From Paracoccaceae bacterium (GTDB lineage: Bacteria; Pseudomonadota; Alphaproteobacteria; Rhodobacterales; Rhodobacteraceae), in contig OY764222.1 of assembly GCA_963668325.1 (NCBI GenBank), forward strand, positions 1,902,782 through 1,966,781: 64,000 bases of DNA, written 5' to 3'. Shown here one piece after another: positions 31,782 to 42,334 of the stretch. Numbering within the stretch: the stretch's first letter is position 1; each line of letters starts with the position of its first letter. The notes beneath the pieces were generated by a model. That model was not told the DNA's origin and made no database searches. It saw only the letters and a list, made by a program, of their open reading frames with translations. The position numbers were made by a program, and so were the translations under genes.

Positions 31782-32693
31782 ATGAAAAGCCAGGAATTCA
31801 AGAAAGTCGCAATGGTTATGGGGGGATTTTCTGCTGAAAGAGAAGTTTCCCTGGTTACAGGCAAAATGTGTAGCCTTGCTCTGAAGGGTGAAGGGTTTGA
31901 GGTTATAGAAATTGATGCTAGTTTTGATCTGGCTAATAAACTATTGGAAGCGAAACCTGATGTCATATTCAATGCTCTGCACGGTCGTTGGGGAGAGGAT
32001 GGTTGTGCACAGGGAATATTTGAATGGTTACAAATCCCTTACACTCATTCTGGGATCCATGCGTCCGCACAATCTATGGATAAGCTTAAGGCAAAAGAGG
32101 TTTTTGAAGCAAACAAACTTCCTACCCCTCGAAGTTTAAAAATTCCAAAAAATGAAGTATTGAAACACTTGCCGTTCAATCCGCCATTCGTCGTTAAACC
32201 TGTTAGGGATGGGTCTTCAGTAGGAGTAGAGATAATTCATACAGAAATCCCCCCGTCGTTGTTAGGCAAGACATTTGAAGTCGATTACATGATTGAAGAA
32301 TATATTCCAGGTAGGGAATTAACCGTAAGCGTACTTGATAAAAAATCTTTAACGGTTACCGAAATCATTACCAAGGGTTTTTATGATTACAGTGCCAAAT
32401 ATACCGAGAATGGTTCTTTTCACGAAGTTCCAGCAAATATACCAGATGCAGTTTTTGAGGCCTGCCTTGAATATTCTGAAATTGCTCATCATGCATTGGG
32501 ATGTGAAGGGTTAACTCGAACTGATTTTCGCTGGGATGATACCAAGGGGTTGGAGGGTTTGGTGCTTTTGGAAACAAATACGCAACCCGGAATGACGCAA
32601 ACATCCCTATCGCCTGAGCAAGCCAACCTATTTGGTATGGATCTCGGAAAGTTATGTAGAAAACTCATCGAGTTAGCAAGTTGCAACAAGTAG
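31782..32693 (+). CDS. ddl: D-alanine--D-alanine ligase
   Basis: VAMVMGGFSAEREVSL, HGRWGEDG and the ATP-grasp C-terminal LLETNTQPGMT. The ATG at 31782 is just past the murB stop. The track alternative is 31755. Confidence 0.9.
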   Translation: MKSQEFKKVAMVMGGFSAEREVSLVTGKMCSLALKGEGFEVIEIDASFDLANKLLEAKPDVIFNALHGRWGEDGCAQGIFEWLQIPYTHSGIHASAQSMDKLKAKEVFEANKLPTPRSLKIPKNEVLKHLPFNPPFVVKPVRDGSSVGVEIIHTEIPPSLLGKTFEVDYMIEEYIPGRELTVSVLDKKSLTVTEIITKGFYDYSAKYTENGSFHEVPANIPDAVFEACLEYSEIAHHALGCEGLTRTDFRWDDTKGLEGLVLLETNTQPGMTQTSLSPEQANLFGMDLGKLCRKLIELASCNK

Positions 32694-32718
32694 GAAAAAT
32701 ATTTCTTGGTTTAGAAAA

Positions 32719-33528
32719 GTGATAAATTACCTCAAGATAGTTTTCCATCATCAATACACGCGAATAACCTTTAACTATGTTTTACCGCTCATTGTTGCAG
32801 GCGGATTTATTTTTGTGTGGTTCAAGTTTTTTCCACCAGATCCAGATTTCTGGAAAGAACCCTTTTCTGAAATCACCAGGTGGGGAGGTGAGCAGTCATT
32901 AAAAATTACTGATGTGAAAGTCATTGGAGCAACGGAGGTTTTAGACACTCAAATTTCACTCTACTTGACTGAAGAACTTAGAAAGATCAACCTCGATTCG
33001 CTAAGCCTGGACCTAAATAAAATAAAACGAGGGATTAATTTTATTCCGTCTGTAACCGATGTTGAATTGGCTATTGAAAAAAATGGGGTTCTGAAAGTAG
33101 TAGTTGAGGAAAGAATACCTCAAATTCTTTGGTATGATAATGAACAATTCCATCTTTTGGACAAGGACGGTTTGGCATTAGATACTGTTACTAACCGAAA
33201 TGCTTATCCTGATTTCTTTGTGATTGCTGGTAAAGACGCTGATAACAGGGTCGAGGAGGCTTTGGAAATTTTCTCGGTTTCAGAGAAGATAAATCACCAC
33301 ATTAGAGGGCTGGTTTGGATAGGTGAGCGACGATGGAATATTGTTCTGGATAAGGGGAGATTGGTCAAGCTTCCTGAAAATGAGCCAATTGAGGCCATGA
33401 AAAAGCTAAAGATACTTGATGAAAAGGAAAGTCTGCTTTCAAGGGAGGTTTCGATACTTGACCTTAGAATTCCCAACCAGATCTATGTTAGATATTACAG
33501 GAACGATGAAGAAACAGAGGGAGAATAA
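32719..33528 (+). CDS. ftsQ: Cell division protein FtsQ
   Basis: Single TM followed by POTRA-like and FtsQ-type domains, positioned between ddl and ftsA. GTG start is uncertain. Confidence 0.8.
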   Translation: MINYLKIVFHHQYTRITFNYVLPLIVAGGFIFVWFKFFPPDPDFWKEPFSEITRWGGEQSLKITDVKVIGATEVLDTQISLYLTEELRKINLDSLSLDLNKIKRGINFIPSVTDVELAIEKNGVLKVVVEERIPQILWYDNEQFHLLDKDGLALDTVTNRNAYPDFFVIAGKDADNRVEEALEIFSVSEKINHHIRGLVWIGERRWNIVLDKGRLVKLPENEPIEAMKKLKILDEKESLLSREVSILDLRIPNQIYVRYYRNDEETEGE

Positions 33529-34898
33529 TGGGGGAGCAGTTTGAATTTCAAAAAAAGATGCGGGAACACCAAAATAATGCCCGAACAAAAGGATTCCTCA
33601 ATGTATTGGATATAGGTTCCTTAAAAATATCATCTGCCCTTGTTCAAGTAGGAGATACCAACACTGAAAGAGTCATACCAAAGGCAGGATTGTTTTCACA
33701 CAACCTTGGTTGTAGAGTTCTAGGATTTGATTACTCAGGTTCAGATGGAATTGAGGATGGGGTTATAACTAACCCTGATCAGGCTTCACTTGCCATTGCA
33801 AAGTCCTTACACAACACTTCTCGAATTGCTGGACAAAAGTCAAACGAGGTAGTTATCGGTTTCTCGGGATTAACACAGTCTTCTAGAATTTACAAAGGTA
33901 GTGTTGAATTACATGGCAACCAAGTTACCGAAAGGCATATAGAAAAAGCAATTTTGAACTGTAATATCCCCACCAAGATCAATGGGCAGGAGTATATTCA
34001 TGCCCAACCAGTAAATTTTGCTATTGATCATCGAGGTGGGATACTTGATCCAAGGGGACATTCTGGAAATAGGCTTACGGTAGACATCCATGCTGTCACT
34101 ATAAAAACAGAAGCGCTGGAAAGTTTATTGAAAACCCTAACAATTGCCAGGCTGAATATTGCAGGCATCGTGTCCTCTGCCTATGCGTCAGGATTGTCTA
34201 CACTTGTGGAAAATGAGTTGGAACTAGGTTCAGTCATTGTTGATATAGGGCATGGAGTTACCAACCTTGCCGGGTTTATGAAACATCATATGCTTTTTAC
34301 TGATTCATTTAACATAGGTGGCGAGTTGGTTACATCTGATATTGTTGAAGCCTTCGGCATTTCTGGTGGTTATGCCGAGCGATTAAAAATTTTAAATGGT
34401 GGTGTATCAGCTACTTCAAGGGATGATAGAATTCAATTTGATACACAGAATGATCATCCTAATGCCCCTAAGATAACAAGATCGGATTTGATAAGTGTCA
34501 TTCGACCGAGGGTTGAGGAAATACTTGAAGAAGTAAGTCTCTCCTTGAACGATTTCGGGTGGGGGATAGGAGGATCTCAACCAATAGTTTTTACAGGTGG
34601 AGGAAGTTTGCTTGCTGGATTTGATGATTTGGTAAGAATTAAATTTGGTCAGGGGATTCGAGTTGGACGTCCGGTTCAGTTAACAGGGTATCCAAGTAAA
34701 AAAGCAGAATCTTCCTTTTCGTCCTTGGTAGGGCTGTGCATTCTTGTTTCCCAACCTCAGGATGAAGTATGGGATTTTACAAGCCTTGAGGGCCAGACAA
34801 CCGGTTTCCCATGGGAAAAAATGGAAGAGTTTCTACCGTTGTTCAGTTCTGAATGGTTACGAAAAAGCAACAACTACCTAAAAAATATATTTCAATAA
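33528..34898 (+). CDS. ftsA: Cell division protein FtsA
   Basis: Actin-like ATPase (VLDIGSLKIS, VDIGHGVTN, FTGGGSLLAG) with a C-terminal amphipathic tail. Confidence 0.9.
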   Translation: MGEQFEFQKKMREHQNNARTKGFLNVLDIGSLKISSALVQVGDTNTERVIPKAGLFSHNLGCRVLGFDYSGSDGIEDGVITNPDQASLAIAKSLHNTSRIAGQKSNEVVIGFSGLTQSSRIYKGSVELHGNQVTERHIEKAILNCNIPTKINGQEYIHAQPVNFAIDHRGGILDPRGHSGNRLTVDIHAVTIKTEALESLLKTLTIARLNIAGIVSSAYASGLSTLVENELELGSVIVDIGHGVTNLAGFMKHHMLFTDSFNIGGELVTSDIVEAFGISGGYAERLKILNGGVSATSRDDRIQFDTQNDHPNAPKITRSDLISVIRPRVEEILEEVSLSLNDFGWGIGGSQPIVFTGGGSLLAGFDDLVRIKFGQGIRVGRPVQLTGYPSKKAESSFSSLVGLCILVSQPQDEVWDFTSLEGQTTGFPWEKMEEFLPLFSSEWLRKSNNYLKNIFQ

Positions 34899-34973
34899 CA
34901 TTATTTTTGACAAATACCGCATAAAAGTATAAAAAGTACGGTTAGAGCAAAAAATAAAACAAGGTACAGACTA

Positions 34974-36473
34974 ATGACTCTCACTTCAGTAAGGGTAGAG
35001 GTTAGAGATAACCGGTACCCGAAAATTGTGGTCCTCGGTGTTGGCGGCGGCGGTGGAAATGCTGTCAAAAACATGACTCGTAAAGAGTTAAAAGGAGTTG
35101 AATTTGTAATAGCCAATACTGATGCCCAGGCATTAATGGATTGCTCCGGGGGTATTGATTGTATCCAATTGGGTGAAGAAACCACGCAAGGATTAGGAGC
35201 TGGGGCCAATCCCGAAATTGGTAAATCTGCGGCCGAAGAGACCACCGAGGAAATCAAGGAAATTCTTAAAGGTGTGCATTTGTGCTTCATCACTGCTGGT
35301 ATGGGTGGCGGTACTGGAACAGGTGCAAGTCCAATCATCGCCAAAATTGCCAGAGAACTAGGTGTACTTACTGTAGGTGTTGTAACGAAACCCTTCTTCT
35401 TTGAAGGGACGAGGAGAATGGAGGTTGCGGAAAAAGGAATTAGTGAATTAGAAGCAATTGTAAACACCCTTTTAGTTATTCCCAATCAAAATTTATTCTC
35501 CATATCAAATGATAATACCACCACACTAAAGGCATTCGAACTAGCCGATGATGTACTTTATCACGGTGTAAAGAGCATCACCGACCTAATGGTCAGACCC
35601 GGGTTGATAAATCTGGACTTTGCTGATGTGGATTCAGTTCTTAAGTTTCCTGGACGTGCAATGATGGGAGTCGGTTCATCTGATCCAAAAATGGAGAATG
35701 AAAGCCGTGGACGAATTGCAGCACTTAACGCAATGAATAATCAGCTCCTAGAGGAAACGAATCTTCAAAATGCAAAAGGTGTTCTTATCAATATCGTTGG
35801 AGGTGAGGACCAAACATTGTTTGATTTGAGTGCTGCTTCTGAAGAAATTAGGAAGTGTGTGAGTGAAGATGTTCATGTAATTGTTGGAACAACCCATGAT
35901 CCAGAATATACCGGTAAAATAAGTGTTTCCCTTGTTGCTACCGGGTTGGCAAGTTTAGAAGGGTCTTCTTCATCCACATATCAGGGTCCAGAAATTGTTA
36001 CGGAAGAAAATTGGGAGCCTGAACCTACAATGCATGAATCAATTGAAGATTCATCAACTGGTGAATGGCTAGAAGAAGAATTCGAACAGACCGCTGAGCC
36101 TCTGGTTGCCAAGGAGGAGTTGCCCCAAGAAGCAAATTTTGATACGAGTGAACCTTTTGCCGATGAAAATGTTGAAGTGAACACTGTATCAGAAAGGACT
36201 CTGCATTCTTTCACTGCGCCCAAGAGGGTGTCGCATCAAGAAATAGATGAGACCTTGCAACAAGATTTTGAGAATAATCAGGAAGAGTTGAATCTTGGAT
36301 ATAAAGATGTCGTTAGGTCCATGCAGAACGATGATGAGACCTCGGAGGAATTTCCTCAATCTCAACCGGAAGAAAAGAAAGATAAGAATTTTAAATTTGG
36401 TTTCCTTGGCAGAAGGGAAAAGCCAGTGGAAAAGCTTAAGGTTCCTGCTTTTATCAGGCGACAGGCAAATTGA
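34974..36473 (+). CDS. ftsZ: Cell division GTPase FtsZ
   Basis: Tubulin signature GGGTGTGASP, a long acidic linker, and the conserved C-terminal peptide KVPAFIRRQAN. Confidence 0.97.
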   Translation: MTLTSVRVEVRDNRYPKIVVLGVGGGGGNAVKNMTRKELKGVEFVIANTDAQALMDCSGGIDCIQLGEETTQGLGAGANPEIGKSAAEETTEEIKEILKGVHLCFITAGMGGGTGTGASPIIAKIARELGVLTVGVVTKPFFFEGTRRMEVAEKGISELEAIVNTLLVIPNQNLFSISNDNTTTLKAFELADDVLYHGVKSITDLMVRPGLINLDFADVDSVLKFPGRAMMGVGSSDPKMENESRGRIAALNAMNNQLLEETNLQNAKGVLINIVGGEDQTLFDLSAASEEIRKCVSEDVHVIVGTTHDPEYTGKISVSLVATGLASLEGSSSSTYQGPEIVTEENWEPEPTMHESIEDSSTGEWLEEEFEQTAEPLVAKEELPQEANFDTSEPFADENVEVNTVSERTLHSFTAPKRVSHQEIDETLQQDFENNQEELNLGYKDVVRSMQNDDETSEEFPQSQPEEKKDKNFKFGFLGRREKPVEKLKVPAFIRRQAN

Positions 36474-36520
36474 ATTTGAAATAGATTGAAACAACTTTTT
36501 GATCAACTCCCTGATCAATC

Positions 36521-36550
36521 GGGGAGGTTAAAAACCTCCCCCTTTTTTTT
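36521..36550 (+). terminator. Rho-independent terminator after ftsZ
   Basis: ggggaggtt-aaa-aacctcccc followed by a T8 run, 48 nt after the ftsZ stop. Confidence 0.75.
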
Positions 36551-36775
36551 CCAATCCGTACATTCATAATTATACTTGGTTTGGAAAGGAGGCCGACCTG
36601 AATTAATATTTTCCATTAATTTGTGGGTATATATTCAGGTATGGTTGCAGAACAATTCACATTTTGCTTGATAACCGGTTTTTGCCATTTGCTCCGGTTT
36701 GAGCAATCCAAGTTAAAAATCCCCTATTTGATTTGTTTGAAAATTAAAGTAAAAGCAACATGAGGATATAACTCT

Positions 36776-37777
36776 ATGGGCACCATAATTGGCATAATCT
36801 TACGGCGAATAGTTTTTGGAATACTAACCCTTTTTGTTGTTTCCTTACTGATTTTTGCTTCAGTGAATATGCTTCCTGGAGATTTCGCCCAAGCAATTCT
36901 AGGTCAAGGTGCTACACCTGAAGCTGTAGAAGCTATCAGGGAAGATCTTGGTTTAAACAAACATCCTGTCCAAAGATACCTCGATTGGCTTGGGGGAATA
37001 GTCAGAGGAGATTTCGGGGTAAGTTTTGCCCAGGCGAATTTCGCTGAATATGGAGGCACCTCGGTAGAATTGGGTGGTATTGCTTCGGTTGCTGACCAAC
37101 TTGCACCCAGATTCAAAAACACCATGTTTCTGGCCAGCGTATCCGCAGCAATTTCTGTTCCCCTATCGGTTATGTTGGGTATTCTTGCTGCCCTCTATTC
37201 AAATTCGGTTTTTGACCGGGCGATCAACATTTCCACTCTGTCTTCAATTTCATCACCAGAATTTTTCCTAGCTTATATCCTGATTTTATTCCTAGCTGTT
37301 TTGAACCCAATGTTTCCTTCTCTTTCCAATGTTTATGAGGGTATGAGCTTCTGGGAAAAATTGGATCGAACAATGTTACCAGCCCTGACCTTAACCCTGA
37401 TCGTTACGGCTCATATGATGAGAATGACCAGGGCTGCAATCATTAATCTGATGGCATCACCATATATCGAAATGGCACGATTGAAGGGAACCGCACCGCT
37501 GATGATTATTGTTCGTCATGCCCTTCCTAATTCTCTTGCACCAATTATCAACGTGATTGCCTTGAATTTGGCCTATTTGATCACTGGTGTGGTGGTCGTT
37601 GAGGTCGTATTTGTTTATCCAGGGATCGGTCAGTTGTTCGTAGACAGTGTCAAAGTTCGGGATATACCAATAGTCCAGGCTTGCTGTCTGATTTTTGCTG
37701 CCTCATATATCCTACTAAATCTTTTGGCTGATATCATGACAATCATATCAAACCCCAGATTAAGGCATCCAAAGTAA
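36776..37777 (+). CDS. ABC transporter permease, DppB/OppB type
   Basis: 333 aa, 6-TM type with a binding-protein-dependent transport EAA-loop region (RMTRAAIINLMASPYIEMARLKG). Confidence 0.9.
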   Translation: MGTIIGIILRRIVFGILTLFVVSLLIFASVNMLPGDFAQAILGQGATPEAVEAIREDLGLNKHPVQRYLDWLGGIVRGDFGVSFAQANFAEYGGTSVELGGIASVADQLAPRFKNTMFLASVSAAISVPLSVMLGILAALYSNSVFDRAINISTLSSISSPEFFLAYILILFLAVLNPMFPSLSNVYEGMSFWEKLDRTMLPALTLTLIVTAHMMRMTRAAIINLMASPYIEMARLKGTAPLMIIVRHALPNSLAPIINVIALNLAYLITGVVVVEVVFVYPGIGQLFVDSVKVRDIPIVQACCLIFAASYILLNLLADIMTIISNPRLRHPK

Positions 37778-37786
37778 AGAGATAAA

Positions 37787-38968
37787 ATGATATTAATTTA
37801 CCTTGTTATCTGGCTTGTAGGGATTTTTGCCATTGGGTGGTTGTTCAGGTGGTGCGGACAGATAATTAACTGGCCTAAAGATGAGTGGAACATATATTTT
37901 CGGGATATGCCCTACATGGTTGGGGTCGGTTTTGTCTTTGGCGTTTCCCTCATTCTATTTACCCTATACGTTTACTTTTTCTTGCAGACAAAGTTCTTCG
38001 TTTGGGGTGTTCAGGTTTTAGTAATTTGTGGATTGGCAGGATATGTTTTTCGATTCCTCGGTCGAAGAATTGGTACTGATAATTCAAAAAAACTATTCAG
38101 GTCCATGCCGGTTACTGCTGCCTTCGGTATTCTCACCGTGGCCCTTTATGCCATACTAGCCATCTTTGCAGATTTTATTGCTCCATATGAGCAGGATGAG
38201 ATATTTGAAGTCATTAATGTCTTGCCGGGAGGAAATCCTGAACTTGGAGGTGATCCAAGATTTCTTCTGGGGACCGATCAATTGGGAAGAGATCTGCTAA
38301 CCAGGTTGATTTACGGTGCTCAGAATACCGTTGGCATTGCTTTTGCCACAACAGTATTCTCTTTTTTGATCGGAATTACGGGTGGTTTTCTTGCTGCGAC
38401 ATTGGGTGGATGGGTTGACCAGGTTCTATCCAGAGCTGTAGATGCCTTGATGGCAATTCCCCAATTGATCTTTGCTTTGTTATTAATGACAATTGCCACT
38501 GCTTGGGCAGGATCCAACAAGGTTTTGATCATGGTATATATGGTAGTGATCATTGCTGTTTTGGACAGTACCCGGGTTTACAGGCTTTCGAGGGCTGTCG
38601 GATTGAACATTGTCGTGATGGATTATATTGAAGCGGCCAAGGTGAGAGGCGAGACCCTAAGGTATTTACTTTTCAGAGAAATACTGCCAAATTCCATGGC
38701 ACCCCTTCTAGCCGAGTTCGGCTTGCGGTTCTGTTTTGTCTTCCTGACAATTTCAGCCTTATCCTTCCTTGGTATTGGTATCCAACCGCCCCTGGCTGAT
38801 TGGGGAACCATGGTACGAGATTTGGCCCAATTTATTAATTTTGCTTCTTTCAGCCCTCTTACTGCAACGCTACCATTATTGGCAGCAGGTGCAATTGCCC
38901 TTCTCACCGTAGCTGTAAATTTTATTGTTGATTGGGTTTTGCACAAGAGCTCTGGTCTTAAAGGATAA
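37787..38968 (+). CDS. ABC transporter permease, DppC/OppC type, with an N-terminal hydrophobic extension of about 106 aa
   Basis: The canonical DppC core starts near MPVTAAFGILTVALYAILAIFADFIAPY (ATG 38105). The open frame continues upstream to the ATG at 37787, 10 nt after the previous gene. Confidence 0.85.
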   Translation: MILIYLVIWLVGIFAIGWLFRWCGQIINWPKDEWNIYFRDMPYMVGVGFVFGVSLILFTLYVYFFLQTKFFVWGVQVLVICGLAGYVFRFLGRRIGTDNSKKLFRSMPVTAAFGILTVALYAILAIFADFIAPYEQDEIFEVINVLPGGNPELGGDPRFLLGTDQLGRDLLTRLIYGAQNTVGIAFATTVFSFLIGITGGFLAATLGGWVDQVLSRAVDALMAIPQLIFALLLMTIATAWAGSNKVLIMVYMVVIIAVLDSTRVYRLSRAVGLNIVVMDYIEAAKVRGETLRYLLFREILPNSMAPLLAEFGLRFCFVFLTISALSFLGIGIQPPLADWGTMVRDLAQFINFASFSPLTATLPLLAAGAIALLTVAVNFIVDWVLHKSSGLKG

Positions 38969-38970
38969 AA

Positions 38971-40608
38971 ATGGACGATCAGAATCTTGTTATTGTCAAG
39001 GACCTGAAAATTGAAGGTCTGGTAGATGAAAATTGGATCCAGATTGTCAACGGTGTTGATCTTCACCTGAAGAAAGGTGAAGTACTAGGTCTCATCGGTG
39101 AATCAGGAGCTGGCAAATCTACCATCGGATTGGCGGCGATGGGGTTTACCAGAGAGGGATGTCGAATTTCAGGTGGCGAAATTTATTTCGATGGAATTGA
39201 TCTGGTTAAGGCGGATGCAAGAACCAAGAGGTCTCTGCTGGGTAAAAGAATTGCTTATGTGGCCCAATCAGCTGCGGCCGGATTTAATCCTGCCATCAAG
39301 ATAATTGATCAACATACTGAAGGTCCTGTTCAACACAAGGTCATGTCCGTCCAGGAATCCCGTAAGGACGCGATGGAATTGTACCGTAAACTCCAGCTCC
39401 CAAGCCCTAATGAAATTGGTTTCAGGTATCCCCATCAGGTTTCAGGTGGACAGCTTCAAAGAGCAATGACTGCCATGGCCATGTCTTGTCATCCAGATTT
39501 GATTGTGTTTGATGAGCCAACTACGGCACTTGATGTTACAACACAAATCGAAGTTTTATCAGCCATCAGGGATATCGTTGATCAGTTTGACACCGCTGCC
39601 ATTTACATAACGCATGATCTGGCTGTGGTAGCACAAATGGCAGACCGGATAAAGGTGCTGTTAAAAGGAGACCAGATTGAAGAGGCAGAAACAGAAACCA
39701 TGTTATCTGATCCTCAAGAAGAATATACCAAGTCACTTTGGGCGGTCAGAACCTTCAAGCGCCCCCCCAAGCCCAATGTTTCCACAGGTTCAACTCCGAT
39801 AGTTTCCCTAAAGGGAGTTGATGCAAGTTATGGCAAGACACCAGTATTGGAAAATGTTAGTTTTGATATTTTTCCCGGAAGAACTGTGGCTGTCGTGGGT
39901 GAATCCGGTTCCGGGAAATCCACTGCTGCCAGGTGTATCGTCGGATTATTACCGCCTTCTTCAGGCGAGATTTGTTTTAATGGCACTCCCTTACCCTCGC
40001 ACTATAAAAAACGCCCAAAACAGGATCTTCAAAAAATCCAGATGATTTATCAGATGGCTGATACGGCTTTGAACCCAAGAAAATCAATCTATGAGATAAT
40101 TGGTCGACCGGTTGAGTTCTTTCTGGGATTGAAGGGCAAGGAAAAAAGAAAAAGGGTTGAAGAACTAATGGAACAGATAGAAATGGACCCGGCAACCTAT
40201 ATTGATCGATTGCCCTCTGAATTATCAGGAGGACAAAAACAAAGAATAGGTATAGCCAGGGCATTGGCTTCTGAACCCTCATTTATCATCTGTGACGAGG
40301 TAACTTCTGCTCTTGATCAATTGGTTGCTGAAGGAATTCTGAAACTGTTGGCCAATCTTCAGGATAGTTTCAATCTTTCCTACATGTTCATTACCCATGA
40401 TTTGGCTACCGTCCGAGCTATTGCCGATGAGGTTGTAGTAATGAAGAATGGAGAGGTGGTTGAGCAAGGGTTAAAGGAAAGTATGTTCCAACCACCACAC
40501 CATCCATATACAGAATTGCTTTTGAGTTCAGTACCAGAAATGGACCCCACCTGGTTGGATAAGCTATTAGATTCGAGAAAAGTTGACAAGGTTAAGGAAA
40601 AAATTTAA
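38971..40608 (+). CDS. Fused double ABC ATPase (DppD/DppF-like)
   Basis: Two Walker A motifs (GESGAGKST, GESGSGKST) and two signature motifs (VSGGQLQR, LSGGQKQR). Confidence 0.9.
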   Translation: MDDQNLVIVKDLKIEGLVDENWIQIVNGVDLHLKKGEVLGLIGESGAGKSTIGLAAMGFTREGCRISGGEIYFDGIDLVKADARTKRSLLGKRIAYVAQSAAAGFNPAIKIIDQHTEGPVQHKVMSVQESRKDAMELYRKLQLPSPNEIGFRYPHQVSGGQLQRAMTAMAMSCHPDLIVFDEPTTALDVTTQIEVLSAIRDIVDQFDTAAIYITHDLAVVAQMADRIKVLLKGDQIEEAETETMLSDPQEEYTKSLWAVRTFKRPPKPNVSTGSTPIVSLKGVDASYGKTPVLENVSFDIFPGRTVAVVGESGSGKSTAARCIVGLLPPSSGEICFNGTPLPSHYKKRPKQDLQKIQMIYQMADTALNPRKSIYEIIGRPVEFFLGLKGKEKRKRVEELMEQIEMDPATYIDRLPSELSGGQKQRIGIARALASEPSFIICDEVTSALDQLVAEGILKLLANLQDSFNLSYMFITHDLATVRAIADEVVVMKNGEVVEQGLKESMFQPPHHPYTELLLSSVPEMDPTWLDKLLDSRKVDKVKEKI

Positions 40609-40623
40609 CCATGTCCCCATATC

Positions 40624-40644
40624 CCTACCAGTGAGAGTGGTAGG
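40624..40644 (+). other. Intercistronic stem-loop between the ATPase and substrate-binding-protein genes
   Basis: cctacca-gtgagag-tggtagg: perfect 7-bp stem with a 7-nt loop, read directly. No T-run follows. Confidence 0.4.
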
Positions 40645-40665
40645 AAAATCAGTTAAGGAGGATTT

Positions 40666-42219
40666 ATGAAATTGGATATTAGTCGAAGAGGAGCGTTAAA
40701 GGCTGGAGGGGCTTTGGTGGCTGCTTCTGCTATTGCGCCTCAGCTATTGCAAGCTCAACCCCAAAGAGCGGGTGACCTAAAAGTTGGTGCTGGTGGAGCG
40801 AATACCTCAGACAGTTGGGACGCTAGGACACATTCGGATTTGTTCATGCAAATGGCATGTATGGGTTCAGTATTTGATTGTTTAACCGAAATTGCTGCTG
40901 ATGGAACACTAGTTGGTGAACTTGCCGAAAGTTGGGAGCCGGGTTCTGCTGATGGTGATGTGTGGATCTTTAATTTAAGGCAGGGTGTAACCTTTCATAA
41001 CGGCAAGGACTTTGGACCTGAAGATGTAATTGAATCACTTCAGCTACACGTAGCTGAGGGGGCTAAATCTGCTGCAAAACCAATTGTTGAGCAGATTTCT
41101 AATATGGAAATTACTGGTGCCAATCAGGTTACTTTAACCCTCAAGGGTGGTAATGCCAGTTTCCCGACTATGTTGGCAGACTATCATATTGTCATGTATC
41201 CAGCCGGTATGGTCGAAGATGCCATGCTGAATGGTATTGGCACGGGTATTTACAAGGTTGAAACCTTTGACCCCGGCGTAAGGTTCCTTGGTTCAAGGGT
41301 TGATGGCCATTACAAAGATGGTAGAGCGGGCTGGTTCAACAGTTTGGAAATGATCGCCATCAATGATGGAACAGCAAGGATGAATGCCCTCCTTACCGGC
41401 CAGGTTGATGCAATCAACAGGATTGATGTAAAAACAGAATCACTGTTGAGGGCCAATCCAAACATTGAGATTTTTGAAGTAACTGGCAATCAGCACTACA
41501 CTTTCCCGATGTTGACAAATATTCCACCGCTTGATGACGTAAATGTGAGGAAAGCTTTGAAGTATGCGATTGACCGCCAGGAAATGGTGGACAAAATACT
41601 TCGTGGTCATGGCAGGGTATCCTATGACAATCCTATTGGTCCAGCCAATACATATTTTCATGAAGGGTTGGAGCCCCTGGTTTATGATCCAGACAAGTCA
41701 AAGTACTATCTGAAGCAAGCCGGAATGGATTCCCTTGATATTGACCTGAGTGCATCTGATGCAGCCTTTGTAGGTGCTGTTGACGCGGCACAATTATACC
41801 AAGCCACAGCCAAGGCTGCCAATATCAATATCAATGTTGTGCAGGAAGCGGCAGATGGTTACTGGTCAAATGTTTGGCTGAAAAAACCTTGGTGTGCTTG
41901 CTACTGGTCTGGTAGATCAACCGAAGATTGGACCTTTTCCACAGCTTACGAGCTAGGTGTACCATGGAATGACACACATTGGGAAAATGCCAGGTTCCAG
42001 GAATTGCTATTGTTAGGAAGGAAGGAAATTGATCCTGACAAGAGCAGAGAGATCTACTATGAAATGCAGTCTCTGATCTCACAGGAAGGTGGTACAATCG
42101 TTCCCATGTACGCGAATTATGTTGATGCTGCATCGACAAAATTGGCCCACGGATCTGATATTGGCAACGTGTATCAGATGGATACAGCCAGAATTGGTGA
42201 AAGATGGTGGATGGCTTAG
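40666..42219 (+). CDS. ABC transporter substrate-binding protein, family 5 (peptide/nickel type), Tat-type signal
   Basis: N-terminal SRRGALKAGGALVAASAIA twin-arginine signal. 517 aa, with SBP_bac_5-like body length. Confidence 0.9.
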   Translation: MKLDISRRGALKAGGALVAASAIAPQLLQAQPQRAGDLKVGAGGANTSDSWDARTHSDLFMQMACMGSVFDCLTEIAADGTLVGELAESWEPGSADGDVWIFNLRQGVTFHNGKDFGPEDVIESLQLHVAEGAKSAAKPIVEQISNMEITGANQVTLTLKGGNASFPTMLADYHIVMYPAGMVEDAMLNGIGTGIYKVETFDPGVRFLGSRVDGHYKDGRAGWFNSLEMIAINDGTARMNALLTGQVDAINRIDVKTESLLRANPNIEIFEVTGNQHYTFPMLTNIPPLDDVNVRKALKYAIDRQEMVDKILRGHGRVSYDNPIGPANTYFHEGLEPLVYDPDKSKYYLKQAGMDSLDIDLSASDAAFVGAVDAAQLYQATAKAANININVVQEAADGYWSNVWLKKPWCACYWSGRSTEDWTFSTAYELGVPWNDTHWENARFQELLLLGRKEIDPDKSREIYYEMQSLISQEGGTIVPMYANYVDAASTKLAHGSDIGNVYQMDTARIGERWWMA

Positions 42220-42245
42220 AGCCCCTCCCTAATCCAATATAAGAA

Positions 42246-42271
42246 ATGCCCCCTTGCAAGGGGGCATTTTT
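42246..42271 (+). terminator. Rho-independent terminator after the ABC operon
   Basis: atgccccc-ttgcaa-gggggcat followed by ttttt, 27 nt after the stop. Confidence 0.7.
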
Positions 42272-42334
42272 ATTGGACTACCCAATTCAAGCAATTTCTC
42301 ATGTTGCGACATTGAACTTGGTATGTTGGTGCAT

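Noticed and set aside
34901-35485. 194-aa ORF antisense to the 5' part of ftsZ.
   Set aside because: It lies entirely inside the strongly supported ftsZ frame. Its Pro/Thr/Ser-rich, low-complexity translation is typical of a shadow ORF opposite a Gly/Ala/Val-rich gene.
38623-39066. 147-aa ORF antisense to the junction of the ABC permease and ATPase genes.
   Set aside because: It overlaps two confident transporter genes on the other strand and has no motifs.
41831-42259. 142-aa ORF antisense to the 3' end of the substrate-binding-protein gene.
   Set aside because: It is a shadow ORF. It also runs through the terminator hairpin of the plus-strand operon.
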